A stretch of 64,000 bases of DNA from Paracoccaceae bacterium (GCA_007694945.1 REER01000073.1:70364-134363), one strand, 5' to 3'. Shown: positions 50,312 to 59,352, numbered from the stretch's first letter. Numbers and translations: made by a program. The notes: generated by a model not told the origin, from the sequence alone.

Positions 50312-51076
50312 ATGGCAGAGTTGCAGACACAGGACCTGACCGGCCAGGTTGTGTTGATCACAGGCGCAAGCCGCGGCATCGGGGCTGAAGCGGCGCGGGC
50401 TTTTTTGGCGGCAGGTGCGCAGGTTGGGATAGCCGCGCGCTCCGCCGAGGCGCTGAAGACGCTGGCAAAGGAGACAGGCGCGCTGCCCCTGACCTGCGAT
50501 GTGGCGGATTTCAATGCGGTTGCGGCTGCTGTGTCGGAGATGCAGTCGCGCTTCGGAAGGCTCGATGTGCTGGTGAACAATGCCGGCGTGATCGAGCCGA
50601 TTGCGCCACTGGCACAGGCGGACCCTGTGGTTTTTGGCGCGCTGATCGACATCAACCTGAAGGGCGTTTTCCACGGGATGCGCGCTGCACTGCCAGTGAT
50701 GCAGGCCCAGGGCGCGGGTACGATCATAACTGTCGGGTCGGGTGCGGCGCATAACGCGCTCGAGGGTTGGGGCGCCTATTGCGCCTCGAAATCCGGAGCG
50801 CTGATGCTCACCCGCGTCGCCGATCTGGAGGCGCGCGGCCGCGGCGTGCGGGTGATGAGCCTCTCACCCGGAACCGTTGCCACAGAGATGCAGCGCACCA
50901 TCCGCGACAGTGGGATCAACGCGGTCAGCCGTTTGGACTGGTCCTCGCATATTCCGCCCGACTGGCCCGCCCGCGCTCTGGTCTGGATGTGCACGCCGGA
51001 TGCGGATGACTGGGTCGGGCGCGAAGTGTCCTTGCGCGATGAAGCCATTCGAGCGCGGCTGGGCTTGCGCGCATGA
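50312..51076 (+). CDS. Short-chain dehydrogenase/reductase (SDR)
   Basis: It has the cofactor motif TGASRGIG, NNAG and the catalytic YCASK. Confidence 0.85.
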   Translation: MAELQTQDLTGQVVLITGASRGIGAEAARAFLAAGAQVGIAARSAEALKTLAKETGALPLTCDVADFNAVAAAVSEMQSRFGRLDVLVNNAGVIEPIAPLAQADPVVFGALIDINLKGVFHGMRAALPVMQAQGAGTIITVGSGAAHNALEGWGAYCASKSGALMLTRVADLEARGRGVRVMSLSPGTVATEMQRTIRDSGINAVSRLDWSSHIPPDWPARALVWMCTPDADDWVGREVSLRDEAIRARLGLRA

Positions 51077-51687
51077 TCCGCGTCGCAGAGGAGGGCGGGG
51101 TCTGGACTCTGACCCTCGATCGCCCCGACAAGGCCAATTCGCTGACTGCTGCGATGCTGGAATCGCTTATAGAGGCCGTGGACCGTTTGCAGGCGGCAGA
51201 AGCGCGGGCGATGATCCTGACCGGCACAGGCCGCGTGTTCAGCGCGGGCGCCGAACTCGACGAGGCGCGCGCGGGGCTTGCAACCTCGCCGCTATGGGAA
51301 GAGCTTTCAGGGCGGATCGCAGCGCTGCCTTGCCTGAGCATCGCTGCGCTCAACGGTACACTGGCGGGTGGTGCCTTTGGCATGGCGCTGGCCTGCGATC
51401 TGCGGCTGGCAGTGCCGGGCGCGAAGTTCTTTTACCCCGTGATGAAACTGGGGTTCCTGCCGCAGCCTTCGGATCCGGCGCGGCTTGCAGCGCTAACCGG
51501 CCCTGCGCGGGCGAAAATGATCCTGATGGCGGGCGCGCGGGTGGAGGCCGAGGAAGCGCTGGCCTGGGGGCTGGTTGACCGGATCTGTCCAGCGGAGGTC
51601 TTGCTGTGTGAGGCGTGCGCGCTTGCGGGCGACGCGGCCGGGGCCAGCGCCGTGCATGTGGCCGCGATCAAAGGTCTCATCCGCTGA
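51073..51687 (+). CDS. Crotonase/enoyl-CoA hydratase superfamily protein (short form, 204 aa)
   Basis: The product contains LTLDRPDKANSL, LTGTGRVFSAGAEL and NGTLAGGAFGMALACDLRL. It overlaps the SDR gene by 4 nt (ATGA). Confidence 0.7.
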   Translation: MIRVAEEGGVWTLTLDRPDKANSLTAAMLESLIEAVDRLQAAEARAMILTGTGRVFSAGAELDEARAGLATSPLWEELSGRIAALPCLSIAALNGTLAGGAFGMALACDLRLAVPGAKFFYPVMKLGFLPQPSDPARLAALTGPARAKMILMAGARVEAEEALAWGLVDRICPAEVLLCEACALAGDAAGASAVHVAAIKGLIR

Positions 51688-51730
51688 AATCAGCCTATAC
51701 CCGGTCGGACAGAGCAAGTAGTCTCGCGTC

Positions 51731-52081
51731 ATGATGCACGCCTTGCGCCCCATCTTCGCGTTCTTGCTGGCCACGATAATCGGGCTGGGCAGCGTGACAC
51801 ATGCCTTGGCGCGGCATCAGGCGCAGGGAGCAGAGACGCTTGTCATCTGCACGGGCTACGGGCTTGTGCAAATCACCATCGATGCTGATGGCAATAAGGT
51901 CGAGCAGACCCTTCCCTGCCCCGACTGTTTGCTGACCGGTCTGGGGCTCTTACCCGAAACCGGTGTGCTTGATGGGCAGGCTACTTTTGGCTTGCTGGTG
52001 CAGATGAGTAGTGCGCTGCGTCTGCACTCCTTCACGCGCGGGCTCTGGCCGCGCAGCCGCGCACCGCCGGTCCCTGTCTGA
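51731..52081 (+). CDS. Small exported protein, DUF2946-like (CPDC motif)
   Basis: It has an N-terminal hydrophobic segment and a CPDC motif, and it precedes a PCu(A)C gene. The family call is tentative. Confidence 0.45.
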   Translation: MMHALRPIFAFLLATIIGLGSVTHALARHQAQGAETLVICTGYGLVQITIDADGNKVEQTLPCPDCLLTGLGLLPETGVLDGQATFGLLVQMSSALRLHSFTRGLWPRSRAPPVPV

Positions 52082-52120
52082 ACCCGGATACCCGATACAC
52101 ATCAGACAAGGATTCCTGAC

Positions 52121-52624
52121 ATGACACGTTTTCTCCTTCCGGCAGTTTTTGCTGCCAGTTTCGCAATGCCTGCACTCGCCTGTGACGGGTTAGAGATCGT
52201 CGACCCCTATGCGCGCAGTTCGAGCATGATGGCGCAATCGGGCGCGGCCTTCATGGGACTGGTCAACACGGGCGAGACGGATTGCCGGATGATTGCCGCA
52301 CGCTCGGATGTGGCGCAGCGGGTCGAACTGCACACCCACATCGAGGATGACCAAGGGGTGATGCGCATGGTTGAGGTGGAAGGTGGATTCACTGTCCCGG
52401 CAGGGGGTGCATACAGCCTTGCGCGTGGCGGTGATCACATCATGTTCCTCGGCTTGACCCGACCGCTGGAACAAGGCGATGAATTCAGCGTCACGCTGGT
52501 CTTTGACGGCGCCGATGAGATCGAGATCATCGTGCCGGTTGATCTGGAGCGGATGCCTACCCACGGGCACTCGCACAGCCACTCGCATGAGCACAGCCAT
52601 GACCACGGGCATTCGCATGACTGA
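52121..52624 (+). CDS. Periplasmic copper chaperone PCu(A)C (DUF461) with a His-rich tail
   Basis: It has a signal peptide (MTRFLLPAVFAASFAMPALA). The core contains ...AAFMGLVNTG...VELHTH...MRMVEV... The C-terminus is THGHSHSHSHEHSHDHGHSHD. Confidence 0.75.
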   Translation: MTRFLLPAVFAASFAMPALACDGLEIVDPYARSSSMMAQSGAAFMGLVNTGETDCRMIAARSDVAQRVELHTHIEDDQGVMRMVEVEGGFTVPAGGAYSLARGGDHIMFLGLTRPLEQGDEFSVTLVFDGADEIEIIVPVDLERMPTHGHSHSHSHEHSHDHGHSHD

Positions 52625-52635
52625 GCTTTGAAGAA

Positions 52636-52659
52636 AGGGGGCCGCTGGCGCGGCCCCCT
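52636..52659 (+). terminator. GC-rich hairpin downstream of the PCu(A)C gene
   Basis: It has a 10-bp perfect stem (AGGGGGCCGC / GCGGCCCCCT) and a 4-nt loop. The T-tract is weak (ATTCAAG). Confidence 0.45.
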
Positions 52660-52679
52660 ATTCAAGAAAGGCATGTTGC

Positions 52680-53141
52680 ATGATCAAACCACCGCGCATT
52701 CTCTTCGTCTGCCTCGGCAATATCTGCCGCTCGCCACTTGCGCATGGAGTTTTTCGTACACAAGCCGCGCAGGCCGGGCTGGCGGTCGAGGTGGACAGCG
52801 CCGGGACGGGTTACTGGCATGCGGGCAATCTGCCCGACCAACGCGCCCGGGACATTGCGCAGGCGCGCGGCTATGACCTGTCAGACCTGCGCGCGCGTCA
52901 GGTGACGCGTGCCGATTTCGAACATTTCGATCTGATTCTTGCAATGGACCATAGCAATCTGCATGACCTGCTCGCGCTCCATCCGGGGCAGGAAGGCGCC
53001 GAGTTGCGTCTGTTCCTGCATCCCGCGCGGGCCGATGTGCCGGACCCCTATTTTGACGGTCGTTTCGACCATGTCCTCGATCTGGTCGAGGCGGGTTGCA
53101 GCCGGTTGGTGGATCAACTCATGACAGGGGGGCGTGGCTGA
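52680..53141 (+). CDS. Low-molecular-weight protein-tyrosine phosphatase
   Basis: It has the P-loop ILFVCLGNICRS (CX5R-S) and a DP loop (VPDPYF). Confidence 0.85.
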   Translation: MIKPPRILFVCLGNICRSPLAHGVFRTQAAQAGLAVEVDSAGTGYWHAGNLPDQRARDIAQARGYDLSDLRARQVTRADFEHFDLILAMDHSNLHDLLALHPGQEGAELRLFLHPARADVPDPYFDGRFDHVLDLVEAGCSRLVDQLMTGGRG

Positions 53142-53179
53142 CGCCATGCCCCCCTCTGTTGGTCCTGCATGTATTTAGT

Positions 53180-53497
53180 TCAACTGCGACCGCAGGTGCG
53201 TTCTGCGGCCTCACCAAAGGCGCGGTAGCGCGCCCAGAATTCATTGTCGCGCTGGCTTCGCGACATGCGCACGTCCTGCGCAAGTTGCGGGTCTCGGAAG
53301 AAGCGCGCGGCGCGGCGTTGTTCGCTGCGTGTAAGGGTCCGTTGCGCGACCGAGTCAACGCAGCGGCAGAGCGCGCGAGTTGCCTGCGGGCGATCTGAAC
53401 GGACGCAGGCGTTCTCGATCGGGCCTGCGCTGACGGCAGTCGGCGCCAGCGGTGCTGTAAACAGGACAGTCGCTGTTGCCAGAAGAAGGTGTCTCAT
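53180..53497 (-). CDS. Small secreted Cys-containing hypothetical protein
   Basis: Track ORF 53180..53974, trimmed to MRHLLLATATVLFTAPLAPTAVSAG (signal peptide). The mature part has 4 Cys and is rich in Arg. Confidence 0.5.
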   Translation of the reverse strand: MRHLLLATATVLFTAPLAPTAVSAGPIENACVRSDRPQATRALCRCVDSVAQRTLTRSEQRRAARFFRDPQLAQDVRMSRSQRDNEFWARYRAFGEAAERTCGRS

Positions 53498-53786
53498 GTG
53501 ACCTCGATTGTTGCTGTCTCGTGCGCCAGATGATGCCGGGCTTTTCCCCAATCTTTGCTGCTCTGGCGCGACTTTGCCTCTATTCGCAATGGCAAGATAG
53601 CAGAAAACCAGCCGTTTTTCCCACTCGTTTTGGATGCTGGCACAAAATGTCTCACCCTTTGGCCGGGTACGACAGATATTGTGCGAAGGAACAAGGCGAG
53701 ACACAACGATTAGCACCGCTGCGCGCTGCATGATAAAAGCTGCTGTCTTGCCCCCCGATCCCGAGTTGCGGCGCGATGCGAATCGC

Positions 53787-54470
53787 TCACCTGCGGTGTT
53801 GGATTTCAACAGCATTGATAAAGCAGTCGGACAGGATCGCGAATTGACCGTTGAGGCGATAAATTCGCACGGCGTCATGAGCACTGTCATCAATCGCGGC
53901 GCCAAAGCGCCCGGTCGCGAGGTTGATCGACAGGCTAATCTGTTGGAAGTCCAGCGGGGTGGGACGCCGGGCATACTCGGCCTTGCAGACTGCCTTCTTG
54001 GCGCTCTGGATCAGCTTGGCAAAATTGCCGCGTTGTGAGGGGCCAAGCGAGGCAAGCCAATGCATCTCTTCCGTGGTGCAGCAGATTTGCCAGAGTGCGG
54101 GTTCGAGTGGGGTGGCGGGTTCGAGATTGATACCGAGTGCGACAATATCCGGGTCATCACTGACGACCGCGAGGCTGTCGCGCTCCGAATGTGTAATCGA
54201 CCCGGTCAGACCGGGTGGCCAGACAGGCGCGAGGTCAGCGCCCTGGAGCACCGGGCGCCCGATATGGCCGAGCATGTCCATGGCCTTGCGCGCCGCCAGC
54301 CGACCGGCACCGAATTTGCGCGCGCGGGCCGCATCGACCTGTTCGAGCGCGAGCACCTCATCGCCCATCAGCGGGGGCATGGGTGCGCGCGGGTCGGCCC
54401 AAGCCATCGCGACCCGGCTCGAAAAAAGCGGTCGGGCAAAACTGTCGAAAGCGAATTTCTGCTGTGTCAT
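53787..54470 (-). CDS. 4'-phosphopantetheinyl transferase superfamily (EntD/Sfp-like) protein with atypical active-site motifs
   Basis: The 227-aa product has motif-1-like GSITHSERDSLAVV. The motif-2 position reads GINLE, where GIDxE is expected. The motif-3 position reads QSAKKAVCKA, where (F/W)SxKE(A/S)xxK is expected, about 41 residues later. Confidence 0.7.
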   Translation of the reverse strand: MTQQKFAFDSFARPLFSSRVAMAWADPRAPMPPLMGDEVLALEQVDAARARKFGAGRLAARKAMDMLGHIGRPVLQGADLAPVWPPGLTGSITHSERDSLAVVSDDPDIVALGINLEPATPLEPALWQICCTTEEMHWLASLGPSQRGNFAKLIQSAKKAVCKAEYARRPTPLDFQQISLSINLATGRFGAAIDDSAHDAVRIYRLNGQFAILSDCFINAVEIQHRR

Positions 54471-54875
54471 GGTCGAATCAGTCCTTCACGGCGCAGCTGG
54501 GCGCCTTGGGCAGTGACTTTTGCCATGAGAAGGCGCTTGCGTTGCCCGCGTGTCCAGAGCGGTCATGATCGCATCCACGCTGCATCACCCATGCTGCGCA
54601 CGGGGGCACTGCCCTTAATGTTTCGATCGTGATCTGACGCTCGGGGCCCGGGGTCATGTCCTGTCCTTCCAAAGCCGTGAAGCAGGGGCTCTGCTTATTC
54701 TGCCTCTACCTGTTGTGCGACAGGATCACGGAAAAAATATGGCACAATGGGACCGTTTTTCGGCGCCGTTTGGCGCAGACATGTGGGCCTGCAGCGTCGG
54801 ACTTGGCGCTGAAGCGAGATCACAGAGGGCCGGTAGTCGGGACAACTCCCGGCCCGCGACGCACTCCCTTTAGGC

Positions 54876-54887
54876 TTGAAATTTCAA
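54876..54887. promoter_or_regulatory. Perfect 12-bp palindrome TTGAAATTTCAA in the long region upstream of the liv operon
   Basis: It was read directly from the sequence. It sits in the lowest-G+C part of the 600-bp intergenic region. Its function is unknown. Confidence 0.2.
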
Positions 54888-55073
54888 CCTTAAAGTAATT
54901 GATTTTCATCTGGACATGCGTAACACTCACGCAAAGAATCGAAATATGGCGAGGTTGAGATGAAAGGCCACAAAAACCGCAGCCTTGAACACGTCGGGCC
55001 CTTCGCCTGCTGGACCCATCTCGGTTTAGCCAATATGCGCCTGGGTCGCGGCGCTCTCACTACGGGATAATTC

Positions 55074-55991
55074 ATGTCACTTGCACTGGTTCTCGAGCAA
55101 ATGCTCAATGGTGTGCAATTCGGGCTGATGTTGTTCCTGATGTCGGCGGGTCTGACATTGGTCTTCGGTGTCATGGGGCTCATCAACCTAGCGCATGGGT
55201 CACTTTACATGATTGGGGCGTTTCTCTGCGCGGCTGTCGCAGGGGCCACCGGCAATTTCTGGCTGGGGCTTGTGGGCGGCCTGACAGCGGCCGCCGCTGC
55301 CGGGGCAGTGATCGAGATTGCGGTGATCCGAAGGCTTTACGCGCGCGACCACCTCGATCAGGTGCTCGCGACATTCGCCCTGATTCTGATCCTGTCCGAG
55401 GCGATGCGCCTGATCTTTGGCCCCTTTCCGCTCTATCTGAATGTGCCACCTGCGCTGCGCGGCACCGTCAATCTGGGCATTGTCGATTATTCGCTCTACC
55501 GCCTTGCGCTGATAGGTTTCGGGATTGCCGTGGCGCTGGGCCTTTGGGCGCTGATTGCCAAGACACGGCTGGGCATCCGCATCCGCGCAGGCGAATCTGA
55601 CCGCGAGATGATCGCCGCGCTGGGGGTTAATATCCGGGCGCTCTACACGATCGTCTTTGCGCTTGGCGCAGCGCTGGCAGGGCTTGCAGGTGCGCTGGTA
55701 GGGGCCATCCAGTCGGTGCAGGTGGGGATGGGTGAGCCTGTTCTGATCCTAGCCTTCGTGGTTATCGTCATCGGCGGAATCGGGTCGGTCAAGGGGGCGA
55801 TGGTCGGTGCGCTTCTGGTTGGTGTCATCGATACGATGGGACGCTTTCTGCTTCCACGGTTTTTCGCAAACTTTCTCGACACGGCGCAGGCGATGGGCAT
55901 TGGTGCAGCGCTTGCCTCGATGCTGATCTATCTGCTGATGGCGCTTGTCCTCATTTTCAGGCCCAAAGGATTGTTCCCCGCCCATGGATAG
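55074..55991 (+). CDS. livH: Branched-chain amino acid-type ABC transporter permease (LivH family)
   Basis: The product contains MSLALVLEQMLNGVQFGLMLFLMSAGLTLVFGVMGLINLAHG, a typical LivH N-terminus. Confidence 0.85.
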   Translation: MSLALVLEQMLNGVQFGLMLFLMSAGLTLVFGVMGLINLAHGSLYMIGAFLCAAVAGATGNFWLGLVGGLTAAAAAGAVIEIAVIRRLYARDHLDQVLATFALILILSEAMRLIFGPFPLYLNVPPALRGTVNLGIVDYSLYRLALIGFGIAVALGLWALIAKTRLGIRIRAGESDREMIAALGVNIRALYTIVFALGAALAGLAGALVGAIQSVQVGMGEPVLILAFVVIVIGGIGSVKGAMVGALLVGVIDTMGRFLLPRFFANFLDTAQAMGIGAALASMLIYLLMALVLIFRPKGLFPAHG

Positions 55992-56964
55992 CACGCGCAA
56001 GGAATGGCTGCTCAACGCCCTGATCGCGGTTGCGCTCTTTGCCGTGCCGCTCTGGGCGCTGATGGCGAATGAGCCCTTCATCATCACACTGGCCACCCGC
56101 ATCGCAATCCTCGCCGTTGCTGCAGTGGGGCTGAATATCGCGCTGGGCCTTGGCGGAATGGTGAGTTTCGGCCATGCGCTTTATCTGGGGCTCGGCGGCT
56201 ATGTCGCAGGTATCGCCGCGCATCATGCCTTCAATGGAACACCGATTTTCGCTGGGATCCCGGGCACAAACCAGATGCTGATCATCTGGGCCATCGCGAT
56301 GGTCCTCTCGGGTGCGCTCGCCGCTGTGGTTGGGGCGCTCAGCCTACGCACTTCGGGCATCTTCTTTATCATGATCACGCTGGCCTTTGCGCAGATGGGG
56401 TTTTTCTTTACGCTCTCCTGGCCCGCGTATGGTGGCGAGGACGGGCTGCCCATATTCGTGCGCAATCAGTTTCCGGGGATGAACACCGCCCGTCCGTGGG
56501 ACCTGTTCCTGATCGCCTATGGCGTGCTGATCTTCTCGCTGGCGGTCTTCGCGCTTTTGCGCGCCGCCCGCTTCGGGGCGGCTCTGATGGCCATCCGCCA
56601 GAACCCCGACCGCGCCGCGGCCATTGGCATCTCGCCATTCGGCATCAAGCTGGTGGGCTTTATCCTGTCGGGCATGATCACCGGGCTCGCGGGCGCGATG
56701 ATGGCCGACCTCACGCGTTTCGTCAGCCCCGTGATGATGGCCTGGACCATGTCGGGCGAGTTGATCGTGATTATCATCCTCGGGGGTGTGGGGCGGCTGT
56801 TTGGTCCGGTTGTCGGGGCCGCGCTGCTGGTCGGTTTCGAGGTGTTTTTCGGTGGGCTGACCGAACACTGGAAGCTTTGGCTGGGCTTGGTGCTGCTGGG
56901 CGTGGTGCTCTTCGCCCGCGGCGGGTTGATCGGGCTGATCGCCGGGAGGACGCAACATGGCTGA
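55984..56964 (+). CDS. livM: Branched-chain amino acid-type ABC transporter permease (LivM family)
   Basis: Track ORF 55945..56964, trimmed to the ATG at 55984, which overlaps the livH stop. It contains ...GLGGMVSFGHALYLGLGGY... Confidence 0.85.
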   Translation: MDSTRKEWLLNALIAVALFAVPLWALMANEPFIITLATRIAILAVAAVGLNIALGLGGMVSFGHALYLGLGGYVAGIAAHHAFNGTPIFAGIPGTNQMLIIWAIAMVLSGALAAVVGALSLRTSGIFFIMITLAFAQMGFFFTLSWPAYGGEDGLPIFVRNQFPGMNTARPWDLFLIAYGVLIFSLAVFALLRAARFGAALMAIRQNPDRAAAIGISPFGIKLVGFILSGMITGLAGAMMADLTRFVSPVMMAWTMSGELIVIIILGGVGRLFGPVVGAALLVGFEVFFGGLTEHWKLWLGLVLLGVVLFARGGLIGLIAGRTQHG

Positions 56965-57712
56965 CCCGGTGCTGGAGTTACGCGGGCTTTCAAAGTCTTT
57001 CGGCGCTCTCAAAGCTACGGATAATGTCTCGCTGACGCTGATGCCGGGTGAGATCCACGCCCTGATCGGCCCTAACGGGGCAGGCAAAACAACGCTGATG
57101 GGCCAGATCTCGGGCAAGATTGCACCCGATGCGGGCGAGGTCTGGCTTTCGGGGCAGAATATCACCGCGTTTTCCGTGGCGCAGAGGGCGAAGCTGGGGC
57201 TGGGGCGCAGCTTTCAGGTCTCCTCGCTGATCCCGGAGTACTCGGCGCAGCGCAACGTGATGCTGGCGCTCCAGGCGCGGCAGGGGCACAGTTTCCGATT
57301 TCTCAAGCCGGTAATGCGCGACAGCGGGTTGCGCGAGGCGGCGCGCGCGATCCTGGCCCGCGTCGGACTCGATGCCCGCGCCTCGGTCGAGTCTGCCGTG
57401 CTCAGCCATGGTGAGCGTCGTTTGCTGGAAATTGCGGTAGCGCTGGCGCTAAAGCCCAAATGCTTCCTTCTTGACGAACCCATGGCCGGGCTTGGCGCGG
57501 AAGGCACAGCGCGGTTGGTAAGTTTCCTGCACAGCCTCAAGGAGGAGGCCCCGATCCTGCTGGTCGAGCATGACATGGATGCCGTATTCCGGCTCGCCGA
57601 CCGCATCTCGGTGCTGGTCTATGGCCGGATCATCGCCACGGGCTCGGTCGCTGACATCCGTGGCAATGCCGAGGTCCGCGCGGTCTATCTGGGCGAGGAG
57701 TCCCCGGCATGA
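56957..57712 (+). CDS. livG: ABC transporter ATP-binding protein (LivG family)
   Basis: It has Walker A (GPNGAGKTT), an LSHGERRLLEIA signature region and Walker B (FLLDEPMAGL). Confidence 0.9.
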   Translation: MADPVLELRGLSKSFGALKATDNVSLTLMPGEIHALIGPNGAGKTTLMGQISGKIAPDAGEVWLSGQNITAFSVAQRAKLGLGRSFQVSSLIPEYSAQRNVMLALQARQGHSFRFLKPVMRDSGLREAARAILARVGLDARASVESAVLSHGERRLLEIAVALALKPKCFLLDEPMAGLGAEGTARLVSFLHSLKEEAPILLVEHDMDAVFRLADRISVLVYGRIIATGSVADIRGNAEVRAVYLGEESPA

Positions 57713-58398
57713 GCGCGCTCCTGGAACTCGAGGACCTGCAGGTCTTCTACGGTGCCTCGCAGGCGCTGTTCGGAGTCAGCCTGCATGTTTCCGAAGGAGA
57801 GGCCGTGGCGCTGATGGGGCGCAATGGCATGGGCAAATCTACCACCATCGCCACTGCCTGCCGAATGTTGCCCCTGCGCGCGGGCAAGGTGCGATTCGCC
57901 GAGCAGGATATCAGCACATGGCCCTCCTTCCGCGCGGCGCGGCTCGGGCTGGGGCTGGTCCCCGAAGGTCGGCGCTGCTTTCCGAACCTGACGGTCCGGG
58001 AAAACCTGATCGCTGCCGCCCGCCCCGGATACTGGGATATGGCACGCGTGAACGCACTCCTGCCGCGACTGGAAGAGCGGGAAAATCAGCTTGCTGCCAC
58101 GCTTTCGGGGGGTGAGCAGCAGATGCTCGCCATCGGGCGCGCCCTGATGACCAACCCGCGCCTGCTGTTGCTCGATGAGGCGACCGAGGGGCTTGCCCCG
58201 GTCATCCGGCGCGAGATCTGGGCTGCGATCACGAAGCTCAAAGCCGAGGGGCTCTCGATCCTGCTTGTGGACAAGACCCTCTCCGAAATCCTGCCTTTCG
58301 CGGATCGCTGCGTCATCCTCGAACGTGGCGCGGTTGCGTGGCAAGGTGTGCCAGCCGAGTTCACGCGAGAGGTCGAAGACGCCTATCTCAGCGTCTGA
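57709..58398 (+). CDS. livF: ABC transporter ATP-binding protein (LivF family)
   Basis: It has Walker A (GRNGMGKST), the signature LSGGEQQMLAIGRAL and Walker B (LLLDEATEGLAP). It has an ATGA overlap with livG. Confidence 0.9.
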   Translation: MSALLELEDLQVFYGASQALFGVSLHVSEGEAVALMGRNGMGKSTTIATACRMLPLRAGKVRFAEQDISTWPSFRAARLGLGLVPEGRRCFPNLTVRENLIAAARPGYWDMARVNALLPRLEERENQLAATLSGGEQQMLAIGRALMTNPRLLLLDEATEGLAPVIRREIWAAITKLKAEGLSILLVDKTLSEILPFADRCVILERGAVAWQGVPAEFTREVEDAYLSV

Positions 58399-58464
58399 CA
58401 GTTTCATCTTGCCCGAAAAGACTCGCGGGGTTTCTCAAGGGGCAGTCAGCCCCTCAAGCCCCCC

Positions 58465-59352
58465 TCACAGAATGCGAGCCCGCTGCACCGCCAGAATCCC
58501 TGCCATGATCACCAACACGCCGATCACGTCGAAAACCCCAAGTGCCTCACCCAACAGCACCGCCGCCACCGCTACCCCGAAGAACGGGTTCAGGAAGTGG
58601 AAACTCGCCGCCCGTACCGCCCCGATCCGGCCCACCAGCGCAAACCAGACCCAGGTTGCCGCCAGCCCCGGCACCAGCACTGTATAGCTGAAGGCCGCTG
58701 CCAGACGCCATGTCCAGTTGACCTCGGGCACTTCCAGCGCCATTGCCGGAACAATCAGCACCAGCGACCCCACCAGCATCTGCATCCCCACGATCATCAG
58801 CAGATTTCCACCGGATCCCGAGGCCCCTCGAACGGCCATGGTCGCGACGGTCAGCGAGACCACGCCCAGCACGCAGAGCACCACACCAAACAGATCCACC
58901 CCGCCGCCCAGCCGCGCGCCCATGATCAGCGAGACGCCGACGAACCCGGCAATCAGCCCGGCCAGCGCCAGTGCGCGCAGCCGTTCACGCAGAAAGAGCC
59001 AGCCTGCCAGCGCCACCAACAGCGGCATGGTCGAGGCGATGATCGCGGCAAGCGAGGCCTCCACCGTCTGCATCGCTACAAAGTTCAACCCCAGATAGAG
59101 CGCATTCTGTGAGATGCCGAAGATGACCACAGCCCGCCACTGGCCGCGTGTCAGATGCCAGCTCTGCCCCAGTGCCTTTGCAATCGCGATCCCGATCAGC
59201 CCCGAGATCAGAAACCGCAGGCTGAGCGCATAAAGCGGCGGCGCGTCCATCACGATCATCCGCGCTGAGGTGAAGGCCGAGGACCACATCAGCGCAAAGG
59301 CCAGCCCCATCACCAGCGCGCGCCAGTCCATCCCGTCCATCAGGCGTGCCAT
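58465..59352 (-). CDS. DMT superfamily (EamA-like) transporter
   Basis: The 295-aa product has about ten hydrophobic helices and two EamA-like halves. Confidence 0.8.
   Translation of the reverse strand: MARLMDGMDWRALVMGLAFALMWSSAFTSARMIVMDAPPLYALSLRFLISGLIGIAIAKALGQSWHLTRGQWRAVVIFGISQNALYLGLNFVAMQTVEASLAAIIASTMPLLVALAGWLFLRERLRALALAGLIAGFVGVSLIMGARLGGGVDLFGVVLCVLGVVSLTVATMAVRGASGSGGNLLMIVGMQMLVGSLVLIVPAMALEVPEVNWTWRLAAAFSYTVLVPGLAATWVWFALVGRIGAVRAASFHFLNPFFGVAVAAVLLGEALGVFDVIGVLVIMAGILAVQRARIL

Noticed and set aside
51073-51687. The short (204-aa) crotonase-family gene as a possible truncated pseudogene.
   Set aside because: The reading frame is intact. It is translationally coupled to the SDR gene and retains the oxyanion-hole-type segments (FSAGAEL, GGAFGMALACD). 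Short crotonase variants exist, and I see no frameshifted remnant downstream.
54876-54887. The palindrome TTGAAATTTCAA considered as an FNR/CRP-type site.
   Set aside because: FNR and CRP family sites have TTGAT-N4-ATCAA geometry (14 bp). Here the TTGA and TCAA halves are only 4 nt apart, so the spacing does not fit. It is kept only as an unassigned palindrome.
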